A DNA stretch of 64,000 nt from NCBI GenBank assembly GCA_043803105.1, contig JAZDKJ010000005.1, positions 1 through 64,000 of the forward strand, in the 5' to 3' direction. The notes below the pieces were generated by a model. It was not told the DNA's origin and made no database searches. It worked only from the letters and a program-made list of their open reading frames with translations. Below are positions 58,041-64,000 of this stretch, in pieces (position 1 is the first letter of the stretch; each line of letters opens with the position of its first letter). The DNA is from Candidatus Woesearchaeota archaeon. Its GTDB lineage: Archaea; Nanobdellota; Nanobdellia; Woesearchaeales; JAZDKJ01. Position numbers and translations under genes: made by a program.

Positions 58041-58937
58041 ATGCAGACAGCATATGAAAGGATCAGCGCGAACAAACGCGCTACCTTCATTCTTATAATA
58101 TTGTTTGTGATAATAGTGGCGGCGCTGGGCCTTGCAATAGGCGCATTCTTCAACAACCCTATATTCGGATTAAGCATAGCAGCAATGCTATCAATAGCAC
58201 TAACACTATTCAGCTTCTACGACGGAGACTCTGCAGTGCTGAGCCTGAGCAATGCAAGGCCTGCGACAAAAAAAGAGTTCCCATACCTGGTAAACACAGT
58301 GGAAGGCCTGTCAATCGCCGCAGGGATTCAAGTGCCAAAAATATATGTCATAGAAGAGAACTCGATAAATGCGTTTGCAACCGGAAGAGACCCAAAGCAT
58401 GCATCAATAACAGTCACTACAGGAGCAACAAAGAAACTGAACAGGGCAGAGCTGGAAGGCGTTGTGGGACATGAGATGAGCCACATAAAAAACTATGACA
58501 TAAGGCTGATGATGCTGGTTGTTGTCCTTGTAGGCATAACAGCACTACTTAGCGACCTCATACTTAGGACTCTCATCTATGGAAAAGGTAACCAGAGCAG
58601 GGAAAAAGGAAATGGGGCAGCAATATTCCTGGTTGTAGGGCTGGTCTTGGCAATACTATCGCCGATAATTGCTCAATTGATAAAACTCGCAGTATCAAGA
58701 AAAAGAGAATTCCTTGCCGATGCTGACGGAGCAATGCTCACGCGACACCCTAAGGGACTCGCGGATGCGCTAAAGAAAATAAAAAACGATGATGACAAGA
58801 TTGTGGATGCTGCAAACAAGGCAACAGCACACCTGTTCATAGAAAACCCGCTGAGGCAGCATGAAGGCTGGGTGAACTCGCTATTTGAGACGCACCCTCC
58901 GATAGACCAGAGGATTAAAGCGCTAAATGCTATGTGA
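58041..58937 (+). CDS. htpX: M48/HtpX-family zinc metalloprotease
   Basis: NAFATG, HEMSH, SRKREFLAD, THPP; follows lemA. Confidence 0.88.
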   Translation: MQTAYERISANKRATFILIILFVIIVAALGLAIGAFFNNPIFGLSIAAMLSIALTLFSFYDGDSAVLSLSNARPATKKEFPYLVNTVEGLSIAAGIQVPKIYVIEENSINAFATGRDPKHASITVTTGATKKLNRAELEGVVGHEMSHIKNYDIRLMMLVVVLVGITALLSDLILRTLIYGKGNQSREKGNGAAIFLVVGLVLAILSPIIAQLIKLAVSRKREFLADADGAMLTRHPKGLADALKKIKNDDDKIVDAANKATAHLFIENPLRQHEGWVNSLFETHPPIDQRIKALNAM

Positions 58938-59292
58938 GATTCTTAAGGTACTTAGACAATCCTTCAATCTGCCTGACCTTAGTGTTCTTGAAAAGGAACT
59001 CACGAAAATAATTGTCAACAGTCACTTTACGCTCAGAGAGGTCCTTTTTTAACCGTGAGTAGAGAGAACGGCCTGTCCTGTCTAGGTCAGTAAGAATAAC
59101 AACATCCTTTGAAAGAGCAACAACCTGCTCAACTACAGAATAAAGGGGTTTTTTGTTCAGGACAACAATGGCGTTAGAAATCCCCAGCTCCCTCAAGGAG
59201 CGCTCGTCTTTTTTGCCTTCAACTACAATCAATTTCCGGCTATTGTCAAGCTTTAACAGGAAGAGCTGCAGATCTTCTTTTGCACAGGACAT
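58930..59292 (-). CDS. Small Toprim-domain protein
   Basis: IVVEGKKD, ILTDLD..G, IEG. Confidence 0.85.
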   Translation of the reverse strand: MSCAKEDLQLFLLKLDNSRKLIVVEGKKDERSLRELGISNAIVVLNKKPLYSVVEQVVALSKDVVILTDLDRTGRSLYSRLKKDLSERKVTVDNYFREFLFKNTKVRQIEGLSKYLKNLT

Positions 59293-59338
59293 GCATATAC
59301 ATAATAATTATATAGTATAAATTGTTTGTCAATTACAT

Positions 59339-60610
59339 ATGCTCACTCTAAGCACTTTGCTGAAGTACTACAAAAGGGAGGATATACAGAAGGCTATAGT
59401 GCAAAACGCAAAGAACAGGGAAGTGGCGATAAGATTTGGGGAGAGCGGTTTTGGCAAAAGGCCGGATGTTCTTAATTATCCAAGAGACATAGTTGAATTG
59501 GCAAAACAAGGGGCAACATCAATCCACATCTCAGAAGAGCACTGGAAAAACCCCCTGGTCTTGATGCCAAACCTAAGAAAGCAGGAGCTTGACGATATGC
59601 GAACAGGTTGGGACCTGGTAATAGACATCGACTGCCATGTGATGGAATACTCGCAACTGGCAGCACTATTGGTTGTTGAGGCGATGAGGCATCATGGAAT
59701 CGATGCAATTAGCTGCAAGTTCTCGGGAAACAAGGGATTTCACATAGCAATACCTTACAGCGCCTTCCCCAAAAAAGTGCAGGGATTCGATTCTCGGCTT
59801 CTTTTTCCAGACGGTGCACGAAGAATAGGTGTTTATTTGAGAGAAATAATAAAAGCACCATTGAGCCAAAGGATACTGGAGCACGAAGGAGGCAACATAG
59901 GGGCAATAACACAAAAGACCAACAAGACAAAACAGGAGATATTCAGGCAAGACAAGACCATAAACACCGAGGCATTCCTGGACATAGACACTGTGTTAAT
60001 TTCAAGCAGGCACATGTACAGGAGCGTATACTCGCTAAACGAGAAATCAGGGCTTTCGAGCATACCAATAAGGCTCAAAGAACTTGAAACATTTAGCCGC
60101 GAAACGGCAAAACCAGAGAATGTGGCGGTTGAAGTGCCATGGCTAAAAGATGGGGATGCTGGAGAAGCGAGCAAGCTCTTCACATCAGCATTCGACTTCA
60201 AGCCAGTGATCAGCACAGAAGAAAAGGCAGGAGCAAAGGTCTACAAGGAACCTGAGGGAAAGGTCTCTGAAGCGAACTTTGCCCCATGCATAAAACAGAT
60301 AATGCTGGGCTTGAATGACGGAAGAAAACGGTCTGTGTTCATTCTGCTAAACTTTCTTACAGCATGCGGATACAGCTATGATGAAATAAAAGAGCTCTTA
60401 ACAGCCTGGAACAAGAAAAACAATGAACCACTAAAAGAAGTCAACCTGCTCTCGCCAGTAAGATATCACCAGGAGCACAAGAAAAAAGTGCTGCCGCCCA
60501 ACTGCTCGAGCAGCTATTACAAAGACATAGGGGTGTGCAGGCCTGACAACCTTTGCGGAAAGGTCAAGAATCCTGTCAATTACTCGAGAAGGAAGGAAAA
60601 ATACAAATAA
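59339..60610 (+). CDS. priS: Fused DNA primase small and large subunit (PriS-PriL)
   Basis: DLVIDID, KFSGNKGFH, RH..R..YS; C-terminal PC..DGRKR..PPNC..C..C..KNP Fe-S domain. Confidence 0.85.
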   Translation: MLTLSTLLKYYKREDIQKAIVQNAKNREVAIRFGESGFGKRPDVLNYPRDIVELAKQGATSIHISEEHWKNPLVLMPNLRKQELDDMRTGWDLVIDIDCHVMEYSQLAALLVVEAMRHHGIDAISCKFSGNKGFHIAIPYSAFPKKVQGFDSRLLFPDGARRIGVYLREIIKAPLSQRILEHEGGNIGAITQKTNKTKQEIFRQDKTINTEAFLDIDTVLISSRHMYRSVYSLNEKSGLSSIPIRLKELETFSRETAKPENVAVEVPWLKDGDAGEASKLFTSAFDFKPVISTEEKAGAKVYKEPEGKVSEANFAPCIKQIMLGLNDGRKRSVFILLNFLTACGYSYDEIKELLTAWNKKNNEPLKEVNLLSPVRYHQEHKKKVLPPNCSSSYYKDIGVCRPDNLCGKVKNPVNYSRRKEKYK

Positions 60611-60738
60611 TTCTGGCTTGAAAAGGGTATTAAAGGTTATTTCATGCCTTTATGTTAACCTATTTAACATGGGTGCAATGGGCTCAAGTCAGACAGAATC
60701 GCTTCAAAATGGCAAATCACTCACAGTGATTAGTAAGC

Positions 60739-60877
60739 TTTATAAACAAACTGAAATCCCATGAGCCTATAATAACGTGTTTAAAGAGGGTTTAAACACA
60801 GACGCCTGAAGAGAAGTTCTTTTCAGTACACAGGGAAGACTTGTTTCTCAAAAGAACTAGGCGAAAGCAGGTAAACA
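60739..60877 (+). promoter_or_regulatory. TATA box and structured 5' leader of the ribosomal protein operon
   Basis: TTTATAAA at 60739; hairpin 60777-99; stems 60803-07/60859-63 and 60815-23/60850-58; RBS AGGT. Confidence 0.55.
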
Positions 60878-61831
60878 ATGGCAAACATAAGATCACCACG
60901 CAGGGGCTCGATGCAGTTTTATCCTCGAAAGAGGGCAAAGAGCATAATCCCGAGGATAAACCACAAGGTCATCACAGCAGGTTTTGACGAGTTCGCAGGC
61001 TACAAAGCAGGCATGACACAATTGATGGTTACGGATAATGGGACAAACTCGATGACAAAGGGAGAGGAGATAGTGATGCCAGTAACCGTCATTGAATGCC
61101 CGCCAATGAAAGTGATGGGGATAAGGCTTTACAAGAACAATATCGCGGTAGGGCAGATGAACGCAGAACAGCTGAACAAGCACCTAGACAAAAGAATAAG
61201 AATGCCCAAGGCAAAGCAAAAAGAACAGACAAAGGACTTTGACTTCTTAAGGTTACTAGTGCATACTCAGCCGTACCTGACAACAATAGGCCAGAAGGCA
61301 CCGGACGTATTTGAGGTGTCGATGGGTGCAGGCAAGGAGGAGCAGCTAAAGAGAGCAAATGAGCTCCTCGGAAAAGAGATTATAATCAACAATGTATTCA
61401 ACGAAGGAGAACAGTTAGACATCCACTCAATAACAAAGGGAAAGGGCTACCAAGGACCTGTAAAAAGGTTTGGGATAGGATTAAGGTCACACAAATCAGA
61501 AAAGACAAAAAGGGGTCCTGGAAGCCTGGGTGGCTGGAGTGCACAAGGACATGTGATGTACAGGGTCGCGCACGCAGGACAGATGGGATTCCACCAAAGA
61601 ACAGAGTACAACAAATGGCTCCTTAAGATAGGAACAGAGCCAAAGAAAATCAACCCAAAGGGCGGATTCTTGCACTACGGAATAATCAAGAATAATTATG
61701 TTCTCGTCAAAGGCTCAATAGGAGGGCCTGCAAAAAGACTAATAATCATGACAAAGGCCATAAGGCCACGCAAGCAAACACCAAAAGAGGCGCCGTCAAT
61801 AGAATACATCAGCCTCGAGTCAAAGCAATAA
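60878..61831 (+). CDS. rpl3: 50S ribosomal protein L3
   Basis: PRRGS..F.PRKRA, GYKAGMT, TKGKG.QGPVKR.G, AGQMG.HQRTEYNK. Confidence 0.97.
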   Translation: MANIRSPRRGSMQFYPRKRAKSIIPRINHKVITAGFDEFAGYKAGMTQLMVTDNGTNSMTKGEEIVMPVTVIECPPMKVMGIRLYKNNIAVGQMNAEQLNKHLDKRIRMPKAKQKEQTKDFDFLRLLVHTQPYLTTIGQKAPDVFEVSMGAGKEEQLKRANELLGKEIIINNVFNEGEQLDIHSITKGKGYQGPVKRFGIGLRSHKSEKTKRGPGSLGGWSAQGHVMYRVAHAGQMGFHQRTEYNKWLLKIGTEPKKINPKGGFLHYGIIKNNYVLVKGSIGGPAKRLIIMTKAIRPRKQTPKEAPSIEYISLESKQ

Positions 61832-61832
61832 G

Positions 61833-62618
61833 ATGGAAGCCACAATACTAAAAATCAACAACCAGGAAGCTGGAAAAAAGAAACTTCCGAAGCAGTTCGA
61901 AGAGGTAGTGAGACCAGACCTGATCAAACGGGCAGTAATGTCAATAATAAGCAGGAAAAGGCAAGCCTATGGGTCAAAGCCTGAAGCAGGACAGAGGGCG
62001 AGCGCAAAGCTTTCAAGAAGAAGGCGCGACTACAAGGGAAGCTATGGACTTGGAATATCAAGGGTACCAAGAAAAATACTCTCACGCCGAGGCACAAGGA
62101 TGAACTGGGTAGGAGCGGTATCGCCAGGAACTGTAGGAGGAAGACGGGCACATCCGCCAAAGAGCGGCAAGGACTGGGAACAGAAAATCAACAGGAAAGA
62201 AAACCAGAAAGCGATAAGATCGTGCCTTGCGGCGAGCGTATCAAAGCAATGGGTGGAAAAGAAACCAGCCACATTCCCTTTCATAGCAGAAAAACAGCTT
62301 GAGCAAATAACAGAAACCAAGACACTCAAGCAGGCACTAAATGCATACGGAATAGAGTACGACTTTGAAAGAAACATCAGGGTAGGAAAGGCAAAAGCCA
62401 GAGGAAGAAAATACAAATCAGGGAGAGGAACACTGATAGTAGTTTCAGGACAATGCCCACTCATAAGGTCAGCAGCAAACCTCAAAGGGATAGAGGTCTG
62501 CGACATACACAAGATAAACGCTGAACTGCTTGCACCGGGAGCAAAACCGGGAAGGCTGACGATATACACAGAGGCAAGCATAGAAGCACTAGAAAAGGAA
62601 AAACTCTATGAAAGCTGA
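61833..62618 (+). CDS. rpl4: 50S ribosomal protein L4
   Basis: RPDLIKRAV, GGRRAHPPK, KINRKE, LAPG..PGRLT. Confidence 0.97.
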   Translation: MEATILKINNQEAGKKKLPKQFEEVVRPDLIKRAVMSIISRKRQAYGSKPEAGQRASAKLSRRRRDYKGSYGLGISRVPRKILSRRGTRMNWVGAVSPGTVGGRRAHPPKSGKDWEQKINRKENQKAIRSCLAASVSKQWVEKKPATFPFIAEKQLEQITETKTLKQALNAYGIEYDFERNIRVGKAKARGRKYKSGRGTLIVVSGQCPLIRSAANLKGIEVCDIHKINAELLAPGAKPGRLTIYTEASIEALEKEKLYES

Positions 62619-62868
62619 AGTCGCAATCAAGTATCCACTGAGCACAGAAAAATCGCTCAGGCTAATGGAATCACAAAACAAGCTGATATTTGTTGTAGAC
62701 CAGGCAGCAACAAAACAGGATGTCAAGAAGGCAATAGAGGAACTATTCAAGGTAAAGGTATTAAAGGTCAATACCTACATAGCCATGGACGGAAAGAAAA
62801 GGGCTTATATAAAACTCAGCAATGAGACACCGGCAATAGACATCGCGACTAACCTAGGATTGATGTAA
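62608..62868 (+). CDS. rpl23: 50S ribosomal protein L23
   Basis: P..TEK, N.L.F.V..ATK..VK.A.E.LF.VKV..VNT, KRAYIKL. Confidence 0.96.
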   Translation: MKAEVAIKYPLSTEKSLRLMESQNKLIFVVDQAATKQDVKKAIEELFKVKVLKVNTYIAMDGKKRAYIKLSNETPAIDIATNLGLM

Positions 62869-62870
62869 AA

Positions 62871-63584
62871 ATGGGAAAGAATCTAGTACAACAGGCAAGA
62901 GGAAAGGGAGGTCCTAGATACAGATCTCCGGGGTTTAATTTCAGGGGACAGGCAAAACACCTAAGCCTCGGGAATGAGCAACGCCAGGGGATTTTGGCAG
63001 ACCTAGTGGACTGCCCAGGCCACTCCGCACCGCTTGCAATCATAAAATATGGCACAGTAGAAAACCTGACAATAGCGCCTGAAGGAATCAGGGTCGGAGA
63101 AAGAATAAGCGCAGGGCCGGGAAGCGAGCCAAAGCGTGGAAACACGCTGGCATTAAGGGACATACCTGATGGAACACTCATCTATAATATAGAATCACAG
63201 CCCGGGGATGGGGGAAAGTTCTGCAGGGCATCAGGCACAGCAGCAAGAGTAATAGGAGAAGTTGGCGGAAGAATTATGGTCGAGCTGCCTTCAAAAAAGC
63301 AAAAACCGTTCCAGCCAGACTGCAGGGCGAGCATAGGAACAGTTGCAGGAAGCGGAAGGGTGGAAAAACCATTCCTCAAGGCAGGAGCGAAGTTCTATGC
63401 AATGAAGGCAAAGAACAAGCTTTACCCAATAACATCAGCAAGATCACAAAACGCAGTAGACCATCCATTCGGTAACAAGCGCTCAGCGCGAAAGGCAAAG
63501 CAGAGGCCTGCGCCAAGGAATGCGCCACCTGGAAGAAATGTAGGAAAACTGCATCCAAAAAGAACAGGGAGGAAGAAGAAGTAA
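62871..63584 (+). CDS. rpl2: 50S ribosomal protein L2
   Basis: MGK...QARGKG, PGDGGK..RASG, N.VDHPFG, APPGR.VG. Confidence 0.97.
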   Translation: MGKNLVQQARGKGGPRYRSPGFNFRGQAKHLSLGNEQRQGILADLVDCPGHSAPLAIIKYGTVENLTIAPEGIRVGERISAGPGSEPKRGNTLALRDIPDGTLIYNIESQPGDGGKFCRASGTAARVIGEVGGRIMVELPSKKQKPFQPDCRASIGTVAGSGRVEKPFLKAGAKFYAMKAKNKLYPITSARSQNAVDHPFGNKRSARKAKQRPAPRNAPPGRNVGKLHPKRTGRKKK

Positions 63585-63587
63585 ACC

Positions 63588-63965
63588 ATGGCAAAGAAAG
63601 AGTTTACCTATCACGGCAAGACACTAGAAGAGCTGCAGAATATGAGCACAAGCGATTTTGCAGCAATAACAACCTCAAGGATAAGAAGGACTATAAAGCA
63701 TGGATTCACAGAAGAGGAAAAAAAGCTGCTCAAGAACCTCCATAATGCGAATGTCGAGACGCACTGCAGGGACATGGTGATACTACCTATAATGGTCGGA
63801 AAGACAATCAAGGTGCACGACGGAAAAACCTTTGTGCCTGTAAGGGTAGAAAAGGAAATGCTCGGCCATGTGCTTGGAGAGTTCGCAATGACAAGAAAGA
63901 AAGTGTCTCATAGCGCACCAGGAATAGGCGCAACAAAATCAAGCTCAAGCATATCAGTAAAGTAA
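63588..63965 (+). CDS. rps19: 30S ribosomal protein S19
   Basis: F.Y.G.TLEEL, THCRDMVILP.MVG, MLGH.LGEF..TRK.V.H. Confidence 0.97.
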   Translation: MAKKEFTYHGKTLEELQNMSTSDFAAITTSRIRRTIKHGFTEEEKKLLKNLHNANVETHCRDMVILPIMVGKTIKVHDGKTFVPVRVEKEMLGHVLGEFAMTRKKVSHSAPGIGATKSSSSISVK

Positions 63966-63966
63966 A

Positions 63967-64000
63967 ATGGGAACATACAGATACTCAACAAACACTGAAA
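63967..64000 (+). CDS. rpl22: Probable 50S ribosomal protein L22 (3'-truncated)
   Basis: MGTYRYS... directly after rps19; assigned from conserved gene order only. Confidence 0.7.
   Translation, partial: MGTYRYSTNTE

Noticed and set aside
451-63811. Numerous 60-200 aa ORFs overlapping assigned genes
   Set aside because: Shadow ORFs on alternative frames with no recognisable motifs.

Overview
Gene-dense chromosomal segment of an archaeon, most likely DPANN (Woesearchaeota/Nanobdellota-like). The evidence is a fused PriS-PriL primase, form III RuBisCO, NucS, Taw1, an archaeal rpl3-rpl4-rpl23-rpl2-rps19-rpl22 operon, TATA-type promoters, GAGGTG ribosome-binding sites and many secreted Ig-like or Cys-rich surface proteins. 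Layout: surface-protein cluster (1-9.5 kb); rbcL and housekeeping genes (10-22 kb); three Cys-rich secreted paralogs (22-26 kb); an AAA+/VWA pair; an unusual dNTP operon (32.8-39.9 kb: nrdD, MtrA-like/ThyA/DUF4346 fusion, second nrdD, redoxin, 24-aa peptide, nrdG); ion transport, toxin-antitoxin and protease genes; then the ribosomal protein operon. The most interesting signals are the twin-NrdD operon with its upstream palindromic boxes, a minus-strand structured RNA carrying two anti-Shine-Dalgarno copies (47.2 kb), a linker-free four-way junction element (19.8 kb), and a DNA-conserved 19-mer that punctuates compositionally foreign modules of an adhesin. No tRNA, rRNA, CRISPR array or intact transposase was seen. 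All product calls come from motif recognition by eye; no database search was run.
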